64,000 nt of DNA from an uncultured bacterium. Its GTDB lineage: Bacteria > Krumholzibacteriota > Krumholzibacteriia > LZORAL124-64-63. The DNA is taken from positions 1,024,001 to 1,088,000 of the forward strand of contig CAVSGO010000007.1 of NCBI GenBank assembly GCA_963727525.1. Reading direction: 5' to 3'. The notes beneath the pieces were generated by a model. That model was not told the origin of the DNA, ran no database searches, and worked only from the letters and a program-made list of their open reading frames with translations. Shown one piece after another: positions 34,763 to 43,327 of the stretch (positions are counted from its first letter, which is position 1; every line of letters begins with the position of its first letter). Made by a program: the position numbers and the translations under genes.

Positions 34763-36334
34763 TCACGGTTGCGGCACCGCGAGCAGGAATTCGTGCCAGC
34801 GGCCGTCGAGCCCGGCGTCCCAGTGACGACGGCTCGCATGCAGGATGGCCGCGATGAGTTCGTCGCCCCACAGCGCCGCCGCTGCCACTGCGGCGAGCGC
34901 GCGCTCCTGGCGTTCGCCTTCGGGACGCACCCATGCCGGTTGCTCGGCGGCGTGCGCGGCGGCATTGCGCGCCTGCTCCCGTTCGAGCAGTCCGCGGACC
35001 TGGCGCGTCCACCGGCGGCCGAGCTGTTCGGCGATCCTGTCGGCCCGTCCAGGCATGAGGTCGGCTTGCTCCCGCAACGCCGACTGGAGCACCGGCCGCA
35101 CCGCAGCCACCACGCTCTCGGCCAACGGCACCAGCTCGTCACTCCCGGCCGGCGCCTGTACGCGGCCGGCGGTGGACCGCGCCCAGTCCGAGAAACCCGC
35201 GGCACCGGCGGGGCCGAGCTGCGCGAAGAGCCGCGGCATCAGGGGCGCCCGCGGCAGGTCGAGCACCGGATAGCCCCGCGCGAGCTGCGACAGGTAGGCG
35301 ATCTCACCAGGTCCACCCACGACACCGGCGGGACAGAAGAGCCAGTCCTGGACGGCCGAGCGCGCCGCCACGCCCGGGCGCAATCGCTCCGCATCCGGCA
35401 GCGGTCCCACGTGCTCCGCCGGCAGCGGTTGCCTTCGCCCTTCGAGTGCGAGGTAGAGAAAGCGCTCGACGCTGGATTCGGCGAGCGGCGCGCCGTATCC
35501 AGCCGCAGCCAGCTCGGCGCCCGCTTCACGCAACGCCTTGCGATAGGCCGCCCGCCGTTCCCAGAGACGGCGGTAGAACGGTTCCGCTGCGGCATGGAGC
35601 GCGGAATCGTTGCCGGAGACGACGAGCAGATCGCTTCCCCGGAACATCCGCAGCAGTGCCCGGCGTTGCAGGCGCGACCACGACCAGTCGCCGGCCACGG
35701 CGTCGTGCCAGATGCCAGCGAGGTCGCGCGACAGTCCGTGGCGGCCCTCCAGTTCGGCGAGCCAGCGCGCGGCTCCCGGCGCATGCGCCGCCGCGCCGAA
35801 CGTGCCGACCATGGCCGGCGCGCCGCCGGACGCGGACGGCGGCGCCGCGCGCACGAGGACGCCTCGCGCGGGATCATACGCGATGGCATGCAAAGCCTCG
35901 CGCAGATCGTCGTCGTCGTCGCCCGACCAGAACAGCGGCACGGTGTGACGCCCCGCGGCGGTACGCATCTCCGCCAGCACAATCGTGGCCGCAACCTTGT
36001 AGAGAGTGTAGAGCGGTCCGCCGAGAAAGCCCGGCTGCTGGCCCGTCACGACGACATCGGCCGCGCCCGCCACCAGGGCCGCGACCGCGGCCCGGGTCCG
36101 GGTCGCCGCCGCGTCGTCCGGCAGATCGGCGACCAGCTCCTGCAACCATGGTTCGCGCCAGGTGTCACTGGTCCAGATGACACCCGGGGCGCCCGCGGGC
36201 GACTGGAGATCGAAGTACCGCGCCAGTTCCGTCCGCGCCGAACCGACCGCCCCGTCTCCGCGTAACCACGCGCGCAGGAGCAGGGCCATATCGGCGTGGT
36301 CCGCCAGCAGGGATCCGTCCTGAACTCCGATCAC
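34763..36334 (-). CDS. bshC: Bacillithiol cysteine-adding enzyme, divergent
   Basis: VVTGQQPGFLGGPLYTLYK, VPLFW, GPGEIAY..QL, RQER. Confidence 0.85.
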   Translation of the reverse strand: MIGVQDGSLLADHADMALLLRAWLRGDGAVGSARTELARYFDLQSPAGAPGVIWTSDTWREPWLQELVADLPDDAAATRTRAAVAALVAGAADVVVTGQQPGFLGGPLYTLYKVAATIVLAEMRTAAGRHTVPLFWSGDDDDDLREALHAIAYDPARGVLVRAAPPSASGGAPAMVGTFGAAAHAPGAARWLAELEGRHGLSRDLAGIWHDAVAGDWSWSRLQRRALLRMFRGSDLLVVSGNDSALHAAAEPFYRRLWERRAAYRKALREAGAELAAAGYGAPLAESSVERFLYLALEGRRQPLPAEHVGPLPDAERLRPGVAARSAVQDWLFCPAGVVGGPGEIAYLSQLARGYPVLDLPRAPLMPRLFAQLGPAGAAGFSDWARSTAGRVQAPAGSDELVPLAESVVAAVRPVLQSALREQADLMPGRADRIAEQLGRRWTRQVRGLLEREQARNAAAHAAEQPAWVRPEGERQERALAAVAAAALWGDELIAAILHASRRHWDAGLDGRWHEFLLAVPQP

Positions 36335-37110
36335 GGCGTCTCCTTCGCCCGTTCGAACACGAGCAGCCAGCGCGGACTCGTCGGTGCGAGCGGGCCGCCG
36401 TCGTAGTCGCCAGCGGCGGCGACTCTCCTCAACCTCGCAGCATCGGCGAGCGCGTCGAGCTCGTCCAGGCGGAAGAGTTCGACCTCCTCGGCGTACCGCA
36501 ATCCCTCGCGGGGCACGCCGAGCGCGGCGGCAGCCTCGTCGTCACCGCGCACCGTCACTGTCACGTCCTTCACGGCCCGGCGCGGGTCAGCCGCCAGCCG
36601 CCGGTGCTCCCGTACCGTCACCGGTCCATCCTCGCGCACGGTCTCACGCGGGCCGGCGGCAAGCTCGAGCGCCACGCGTTCACTGTTGAGGAAATCGAGG
36701 AACCAGTGACCAGCCGGCGCGAGCACCCGCGCCACGTCGTGCACAACCGCCGCATGCTCGGTAGGCGTCCGGAAGTACCCGAAGGCGGTGAAGAGCGAGA
36801 GCACCGCCGTGCATGAACCCGTGGCGCACGGAATGGCACGCATGTCGCCGCGTACCAGCCGCTGCCCCGGGTCGGCCGCGCGCGCGAGCGCGAGAAGTTG
36901 CGGCGAGAGATCCAGCCCCACCGCCGGGAGCCCGCGTGTAGCGAGCAGCCCGAGGTGGCGCCCCTGCCCGCACCCGAGATCGAGCACCGGTCCCGCGCCC
37001 AGCGGCGCCAGTCGCGGCAGCAGATCGAGGCAGCGCGCCGCCTCGCGCGCATCCCGATGACGGTACAGCCACGGGTAGTGAGCGCCGAACGCCTGCGTGT
37101 ACCAGCTCAC
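36331..37110 (-). CDS. Class I SAM-dependent methyltransferase
   Basis: VLDLGCGQGRH, GLDLS, RGDMR, SLFTAFGYF; GTG start overlapping nadB stop. Confidence 0.9.
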   Translation of the reverse strand: MSWYTQAFGAHYPWLYRHRDAREAARCLDLLPRLAPLGAGPVLDLGCGQGRHLGLLATRGLPAVGLDLSPQLLALARAADPGQRLVRGDMRAIPCATGSCTAVLSLFTAFGYFRTPTEHAAVVHDVARVLAPAGHWFLDFLNSERVALELAAGPRETVREDGPVTVREHRRLAADPRRAVKDVTVTVRGDDEAAAALGVPREGLRYAEEVELFRLDELDALADAARLRRVAAAGDYDGGPLAPTSPRWLLVFERAKETP

Positions 37111-38789
37111 GATGGCGGCTCCACCGCCAGCCGCGGCTCCCACGCCATCTCTCCCTCGACCGGATGGGTGCGGCCCACGACCGTGTCCCACGGCGGACCA
37201 CCATCCTTGGCCGGATAGTCGACCATGGCGTGCAGCCCCCGGCTCTCGTGGCGGGCACGAGCGCAGAGCACGATGAGTTCGCCGAGCAGGGCGATGTTGC
37301 GCAGCTCCACGAGATGGGGCGTCACCTGGAACACCGCGAACTGCCGTTCCACCGTGCGGCGGATGTTGCGCATGCGGCTCAGAGCGATGGCGAGCCGCTC
37401 GTTGTCCCGCACGATACCCACGTAATCCCACATCACACGGCGCACCGTGTCCCAGTCGTGTTCGAGCACCATGACCTCCGGTCCCGTGCTCGCGCGCGCG
37501 AGCGGATCCTGCGGGTGCGGCACCGGCCCATCGGTAGGCACCACGTGCGGCTCGCCGGCGGCGGCCTGCGACGCAGTCTCGGCGAAGTACACGGCCTCGA
37601 GCAGGCTGTTGCTCGCAAGCCGATTGGCCCCGTGCACGCCGGTGCAGGCCGCCTCGCCGATCGCATAGAGACCGGGCAGCGAGCTGCGACCGTCGCCATC
37701 CACCTGCACGCCGCCGCACATGTAGTGCGCCGCCGGCACCACCGGCACCGGTTCGCCGGCGAGGTCGAGGCTGAAGAGTTTGCACGTGGCCACGAGGTGC
37801 GGAAAGCGCTCCTCCACCGTCGCCCGCTCGAGGTGACGCAGGTCGAGGAAGACGCAGTTGTCGCCGCTGAGCTTCATCTCCTGGTCGATGCTGCGGGCCA
37901 CTACGTCGCGCGGCGCCAGTTCGGCAAGGGAATGGTAGCGCGGCATGAAGCGTTCGCCGCGCCGGTTGATGAGGTACGCGCCCTCGCCGCGTACGGCCTC
38001 GCTGATCAGGAAGCTCTTGGCTTCCGGGTGGAAGAGGCAGGTGGGATGGAACTGCACGAACTCGAGGTTGGCCAGCAGCGCGCCCGCGCGGTAGGCCATG
38101 GCGAGTCCGTCCCCCGTCGCGATGTCGGGATTGCTAGTGTAGCTGTAGACCTTGCCGCAGCCGCCGGTGGCAAGCACCACGACGTCGGCGAGATAGGCGC
38201 GGCGATCGGCCGTCTGCTCGTCGAGCACCCAGCAGCCTGCGACTCGCTCGGCCGGTCCCGCGAGGCCCGGCACGTCGGCGACGCGGATGAGATCCACGGC
38301 CAGATGGTTCTCGTCGATGTGGATCTCGCGACGCTCATGGCACGCGCGCAGCAACGACTCCTCGAGCATGTGACCCGTGAGGTCCTTGCTGTGCAGGATG
38401 CGACGGCGCGAGTGGCCGCCCTCCCGTCCCAGCGAGAACGGCGCGCTCGGCCCGTCGCCTTCGCGCGTGAACTCGGCCCCCTGGACGAGGAGCCGCTCGA
38501 TCAGGTGCGGCGCCGCCTCCACCATGGCCCGCACGATCCCCTCGTCGCACAGCCCATCGCCGGCGGTGAGCGTGTCCTGGACGTGCAAATCGAAATCATC
38601 CAGGGGAGAAAGCACGGCCGCGATGCCGCCCTGGGCATAATTCGTGTTGCTCTCGCGCTTCGACTTCTTGGTGACGATGCTCACATCGCCGAATTCTGCC
38701 GCCAGCAGGGCAAATTGCAGTCCGGCGATGCCCGTACCCACGACGAGGAAGCGGCTTCGGCGCGGATCTTCGAGGCGATAGGCAGCCAT
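37107..38789 (-). CDS. nadB: L-aspartate oxidase
   Basis: GTGIAGL, YAQGGIAA, REGGHS, QFHPT, SEAVRGEG, ELAPRDVVAR, AAHYMCGG, HGANRLASNSLLE. Confidence 0.95.
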   Translation of the reverse strand: MAAYRLEDPRRSRFLVVGTGIAGLQFALLAAEFGDVSIVTKKSKRESNTNYAQGGIAAVLSPLDDFDLHVQDTLTAGDGLCDEGIVRAMVEAAPHLIERLLVQGAEFTREGDGPSAPFSLGREGGHSRRRILHSKDLTGHMLEESLLRACHERREIHIDENHLAVDLIRVADVPGLAGPAERVAGCWVLDEQTADRRAYLADVVVLATGGCGKVYSYTSNPDIATGDGLAMAYRAGALLANLEFVQFHPTCLFHPEAKSFLISEAVRGEGAYLINRRGERFMPRYHSLAELAPRDVVARSIDQEMKLSGDNCVFLDLRHLERATVEERFPHLVATCKLFSLDLAGEPVPVVPAAHYMCGGVQVDGDGRSSLPGLYAIGEAACTGVHGANRLASNSLLEAVYFAETASQAAAGEPHVVPTDGPVPHPQDPLARASTGPEVMVLEHDWDTVRRVMWDYVGIVRDNERLAIALSRMRNIRRTVERQFAVFQVTPHLVELRNIALLGELIVLCARARHESRGLHAMVDYPAKDGGPPWDTVVGRTHPVEGEMAWEPRLAVEPPS

Positions 38790-38853
38790 CGTGACTCCCG
38801 GTTAGGGCCGTCCCCACAATAAGCGCGGGTTCCAGGGGCGGGCAACGTCCGGT

Positions 38854-38896
38854 CGGGCATAGAAACTGCTCAAGGTCGCCCCGGATTGAGCGATGC
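38854..38896 (+). promoter_or_regulatory. Candidate alternative-sigma promoter (sigma54-like; weaker sigma28-like overlap)
   Basis: GGGCATAGAAACTGCT gives GG-N10-GC; also TCAAG-N14-AGCGATGC. Confidence 0.35.
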
Positions 38897-38964
38897 AAAC
38901 CGCAGAGTCCGCGTATCGCCAGACGCGGCCCGGAAATCGATCCCCGACCGGAGGGTGTAACGTC

Positions 38965-39564
38965 ATGATCCGCAAGATGGTACGGCTCGCAACCGGCATC
39001 GTGGCCCTGGGCCTGATCCTGGGTGTCGCGGGCTGCAGCGAGGATGGCAACCAGTGGCAGCGCCTGGTGTGCGAGGTGGAGTCGGTCAACAGTGGCATGC
39101 CGCTCGTGTCGGCCTACCTGGATTCGGGCAGCGACAACATCGTCAACACCGACGACGACGTCCTGCCGATCGACTTCGTGTCCGTCACCTTCCACGCGCG
39201 GCCCTACAACGACGTGATCACGCTGCCGGAAGACGGGACGTACAGCTACTTCGATGTCGTGAGCTACGACCTGGTCTGGCACCCGGGTCCCGGGGCTCCC
39301 GCGGCGATGACGGATTTCAACATCCACGACGCGCCTTGCGCTACCCGCATCCCGGTGTACGGCGAGGGCAGCGTCGCCATCCTCGTCGCCGATCGGCAGA
39401 TGAAGGAGCAGCCCTGGTTCATCGCCCTCTACAACGACAACTCGCTGAGCTTCAGCGCCAACGCGGAATTGATCTTCCACGGACACGAGTCGGGCTCCGA
39501 CGAGATCGTGGACGTCCCCGCAGGGCTGCTGGTGACGTTCTTCGGCGTCGTCTCCACCAACTAG
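38965..39564 (+). CDS. Hypothetical lipoprotein
   Basis: Lipobox VAGC; beta-rich mature region; DSGSDNIVNTDDD acidic loop; GGAGG RBS. Confidence 0.8.
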   Translation: MIRKMVRLATGIVALGLILGVAGCSEDGNQWQRLVCEVESVNSGMPLVSAYLDSGSDNIVNTDDDVLPIDFVSVTFHARPYNDVITLPEDGTYSYFDVVSYDLVWHPGPGAPAAMTDFNIHDAPCATRIPVYGEGSVAILVADRQMKEQPWFIALYNDNSLSFSANAELIFHGHESGSDEIVDVPAGLLVTFFGVVSTN

Positions 39565-39580
39565 GCGACGGCCGACGGGT

Positions 39581-40663
39581 CTAGCTCGCCCCCACCTGTG
39601 CGCGCCGGCGCTGCATCACGAATCGTGGCAGCGCCGGCGCGCCGTGCCAGGCGAGGTGGAGGTCCACCACCGCGACGGCGACCTCAGCCGGCCACAGCCC
39701 GCCCAGCTTCACCCAGTCCTTGGCCGTCGTCACCCAGGCCGTCACCCCACGGGCACGGCCCTGGGCGAGGATGCGCGCGAGCGTCCGCACGTCGTACCGC
39801 GCGTGGTCACGGCAGCGTACAGCCAGTCGCGGCGCCGCGTCGAGCAAACCAGCGGCGTGCCGCTCGAAACCTCCGGGCCGCGCCAACCCCGACAGCAGCG
39901 CGACCGGTCCCGACCCCCACGACGCCACGCCAACTGACCGTAGCCGGGCCTCCCGGGCGAATCCGAGCACCGTCACCCCCGGCATGCATGCGCGCAGATC
40001 GTCCGGCCAGGGCCCGGGGCGCTCGAGAAGCCATACGCCGGCCCGCCCGGCCGCCGCTGCGGGTTCACGATAGGGGCCCCACGGAAGTAGCCGGCCGGTA
40101 CGCGGCGTGACCACGTCACCCGCTTCCTCCCAGCGGTCGAGGATCAGGACATCGAGGTGGCGGCCCACGCCCGCGGTCTGGAAGCCGTCGTCCAGCAGGA
40201 CGATCTCCGGCGTCGGGCGAGCGGCCCGCGCGGCGTCCACGCCCTCGGACCGCCGCCGGGCCTGGATCACGCTCCAGCCGTCCGCGGCCAGCCTGGCCAG
40301 GAGGCGGGCCTCGTCGCCGGCCCGGGGGTCGTCCGGGGCCACGCGCAGAGGCCCGTGGGCCGCCCCACCGTGGCCGCGCGTGACGACGGCGCCGCCCAGG
40401 CCCAGATCGGCCAGGTCGCGCATCAGACGCGCCACCACCGGGGTCTTGCCCGTCCCCCCTGCCCGCAGGTTGCCCACCGCCACCACGAGGACCTCCCCCG
40501 GCGGTGGCGTGCGACGCGACGCGCGCACCACCGTGGCTGCCGCTAGCCCGGCGCTGGTCGCCCGGGCCAGAGCCGCTACCACCGGGCCCGGATGGCTGTC
40601 CCAGCGCCTCCAGAGGGCCTCCAGGCGCCGCTCGCCGGCCGGGCGGAGATCAAGCACGTCCAC
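39581..40663 (-). CDS. lpxK: Tetraacyldisaccharide 4'-kinase
   Basis: VGNLRAGGTGKTP, RGHG, GDEA, LDDGFQ, LLPWGPYRE, DHARY, TTAKDWVK. Confidence 0.9.
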   Translation of the reverse strand: MDVLDLRPAGERRLEALWRRWDSHPGPVVAALARATSAGLAAATVVRASRRTPPPGEVLVVAVGNLRAGGTGKTPVVARLMRDLADLGLGGAVVTRGHGGAAHGPLRVAPDDPRAGDEARLLARLAADGWSVIQARRRSEGVDAARAARPTPEIVLLDDGFQTAGVGRHLDVLILDRWEEAGDVVTPRTGRLLPWGPYREPAAAAGRAGVWLLERPGPWPDDLRACMPGVTVLGFAREARLRSVGVASWGSGPVALLSGLARPGGFERHAAGLLDAAPRLAVRCRDHARYDVRTLARILAQGRARGVTAWVTTAKDWVKLGGLWPAEVAVAVVDLHLAWHGAPALPRFVMQRRRAQVGAS

Positions 40664-41282
40664 GGTTCGCCTCCTCGCCCACCGTCTGGAGCGCCACCGC
40701 GAGACGTGTCCGCGCGTCCGGCAGATCGCCCTCCGTCACCCGCAGAGGCGCGCCGGCCACCACGGTCACCCGCGACAGCGGGCGCGGCACGATCGTGCGA
40801 TCCCAGGTCCCCAGCACCATAGCCCGCCGGCAGGCCACTCGCAGGGGCACGATCGGCGCCCCGGCCCGCCAGGCGAGCTGCAACACCCCTTCGCGCACCA
40901 CCCCGGCCGGACCTCGCGGGCCATCCACCGCGAGTCCGAGGTGGTGCCCCTCGCGCAGGGCGCGCAGCAGGCCCACGAAGCCCTCGTATCCATCGTGGCC
41001 CGTGGACCCGCGCACGAAGCCGAATCCGTCGCGTGCGAGCGTACTGACCAGGATATCGCCATCGAGGCTCTTGCTGATCAGCAACCATGGCCGCGACGGA
41101 CGGCAGTAGGCGATGGCCGGCAGGATGTCGCGATGCCAGCAGGCGAAGATCACCGGTTCGGTTACCGGGCCGGGCGCGAGCGGCGACAGGTTGCCACGCC
41201 ACGAACCCGCGAGAAGCCGCCAGCCCGGCGGCGCCAGGGCGAGCTTGAGCTGCTGGATGAGCATGGCGCTCCCCGTCGTCAC
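40650..41282 (-). CDS. DUF374 lipid A late acyltransferase-like (LpxJ-type)
   Basis: IFACWH, LISKSLDG, VRGST, AVDGPRGP, WDRTIVPRP; GTG start overlapping lpxB stop. Confidence 0.82.
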   Translation of the reverse strand: MTTGSAMLIQQLKLALAPPGWRLLAGSWRGNLSPLAPGPVTEPVIFACWHRDILPAIAYCRPSRPWLLISKSLDGDILVSTLARDGFGFVRGSTGHDGYEGFVGLLRALREGHHLGLAVDGPRGPAGVVREGVLQLAWRAGAPIVPLRVACRRAMVLGTWDRTIVPRPLSRVTVVAGAPLRVTEGDLPDARTRLAVALQTVGEEANRGRA

Positions 41283-42451
41283 GCTCCCGCCCGCTCGTCG
41301 AGAAAGGCGAGCAGGGCCGTGGCCGCACGCCGCCACACGCCGGCCCCTCCGCAGAGCAGACGCAGTCGGTGGCAATCGGCATAGAACTCGTCGCGTCGCC
41401 GGGCCTGGTTCAGGAACGCCAGCAAGGCATTGGCTAGGTGGGTGGGCGCAGCCTGGTCCTGGATCATTTCGGGCACCGCGGGCTTGTCGAGGATGAGGTT
41501 GGATAGCCCGATGTAGGGCACCCGCACGAGCGCCCGCCCGATGGCGTAATTGAAGCCGCTGGTCTGGTAGGCCACCGCGTGCGGCACGCCGGCCAGCGAG
41601 GCCTCGAGGCTCGCCGTGCCACTGCACACGAGGGCGAGGTCGAGGCGCTCCAGCAACAGCGGCAACGGTTCGTCCGTGATCTGGCCCATCTCGCCGACGA
41701 TGGCGGCCAGTTGCGCGCGATCACTGCCCGGCGCCGCGCTCACGAGCACCCGCACCCGACGCTGCCCGAGCCACGACTGGATCATGCCCGCCGCCACCTT
41801 GAAGCGCGGCAAAAGGCGCACGACCTCCTGCTGGCGACTGCCAGGCAACAGGCCCAGGGTGAGCGGCTTGCCGGGATCGTCGCGCCGTGCCTCGCGCTCC
41901 GCGCGCCGCTGGTCGAACGGGAAGCTCGCGTAGTCCTCCATCAGCGGGTGGCCGATGGGGACTACATCGAGACCGCGGGCGCGGAAGTACTCGGGCTCGA
42001 AAGGAAGGATCGTCGCCAACCGATCGACATTGCGACGGAACGCGGCCATCCGCCACGCGCCCCAGGCCCAGAGCTGCGGCGCCACGACGTAGAAGACCGG
42101 GATGCCCTGCCGATGCGCCCGGCCGGCGAGGCCGGTGTTGAAACCCGGGAAGTCGACGGGTACCACCGCGTCGAAATGCTCGCTCGCGAGGTGACGGAAC
42201 ACGCGGCGTCGCGCGCGCAGGATGGCCGGCAGATGCGTGGCCACCTCGCCGAAGCCCATGACTGTGATGTCCCGCGAGGACTGCACCACCGACACGCCGG
42301 CCATGGCGAGCGCCGTGCCGCCCAGCGCCGAGAACCGCAGGTCGGGCGCCTGCTCGCGAAGCGCCGCGACGAGGGCGGCTGCGTAGCGATCGCCGCTCGC
42401 TTCGCCGGTGGAGAGAAAGATGTGGCGCCCGCTGGCGGGGCTTGCGGTCAT
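41279..42451 (-). CDS. lpxB: Lipid-A-disaccharide synthase
   Basis: GEASGD, VMGF, VDFPGFN, PQLWAW, ILPFE, GHPL, LLPGSR, SGTASLE. Confidence 0.95.
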   Translation of the reverse strand: MTASPASGRHIFLSTGEASGDRYAAALVAALREQAPDLRFSALGGTALAMAGVSVVQSSRDITVMGFGEVATHLPAILRARRRVFRHLASEHFDAVVPVDFPGFNTGLAGRAHRQGIPVFYVVAPQLWAWGAWRMAAFRRNVDRLATILPFEPEYFRARGLDVVPIGHPLMEDYASFPFDQRRAEREARRDDPGKPLTLGLLPGSRQQEVVRLLPRFKVAAGMIQSWLGQRRVRVLVSAAPGSDRAQLAAIVGEMGQITDEPLPLLLERLDLALVCSGTASLEASLAGVPHAVAYQTSGFNYAIGRALVRVPYIGLSNLILDKPAVPEMIQDQAAPTHLANALLAFLNQARRRDEFYADCHRLRLLCGGAGVWRRAATALLAFLDERAGA

Positions 42452-42480
42452 CGCGGCTTCACTCCCGCCGGGAACGCTCG

Positions 42481-43302
42481 TCACCGGACGATGCCGCGCT
42501 CCGAACGCCGGATGAAGGCCATCAGGTCCTCGATGTTCTTCGTCAGCTTGCACTCGCTCGCGATGCGCTCGAGGGCCTGGCTCACGTTGAGCGCCGAACG
42601 ATAAAGCAGCCGGTAGGCTTTCTTGAGGTTGTTGAGTTCCTCGTCCGAGAAGTTGTGGCGCTTCAGACCGATGCTGTTGACGCCCGCCACCTCGATCGGA
42701 TTGCCCGCCACCTTGATGAACGGCGGCACGTCCTGCGGCAGCCTGCTACCGCCACCGACGAAGGCGTAGGATCCGACACGCACGAACTGGTGCACCGGTG
42801 TCATGCCGCCGATGGTGGCGAAGCTCTCCACCTCGACGTGGCCGGCCAGGTTCACCGCGTTGGCGATGACGATGTTGCTGTGGATGTGGCAATTATGTGC
42901 GATGTGCACGTAGGCCATGAGCAGGTTGTGATCGCCCACACGAGTCTTCTCGCCCTCGCCAGTCGCCTGGTGGATCGTGCAGTACTCGCGAATGGTGTTG
43001 TAGTCGCCGATCTCGACGAACGACTCCTCGCCCGCGAACTTGAGATCCTGCGGCTCGCTACCGATGGCGGCGCCGTGGAAGACGCGGTTGCCGCGGCCGA
43101 GGATCGTATTGCCCTCGATCAGCACCGACGAACCAATCTCGCAATCCGGGCCGATCTCGACGTTGGGGCCGATGACCGCGTGTGGTCCGACCTGGACGTT
43201 GTGTTCCAGCTTGGCCTGCGGGTGCACGACCGCGGTCGGGTGGATCACCGCCGGGAGAACCGGACGCGGTCCGGACGTACGCTGGAAGTTCAAGGGCTCC
43301 AC
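42481..43302 (-). CDS. lpxA: UDP-N-acetylglucosamine acyltransferase
   Basis: IHPTAVV, PQDLKF, IREY, HIAHNC, LAGHVEV, VHQFVR, QDVPPF; GTG start after GGAGG. Confidence 0.95.
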   Translation of the reverse strand: MEPLNFQRTSGPRPVLPAVIHPTAVVHPQAKLEHNVQVGPHAVIGPNVEIGPDCEIGSSVLIEGNTILGRGNRVFHGAAIGSEPQDLKFAGEESFVEIGDYNTIREYCTIHQATGEGEKTRVGDHNLLMAYVHIAHNCHIHSNIVIANAVNLAGHVEVESFATIGGMTPVHQFVRVGSYAFVGGGSRLPQDVPPFIKVAGNPIEVAGVNSIGLKRHNFSDEELNNLKKAYRLLYRSALNVSQALERIASECKLTKNIEDLMAFIRRSERGIVR

Positions 43303-43327
43303 GCTGATTCCTCCTTGTCCTGGCAGA

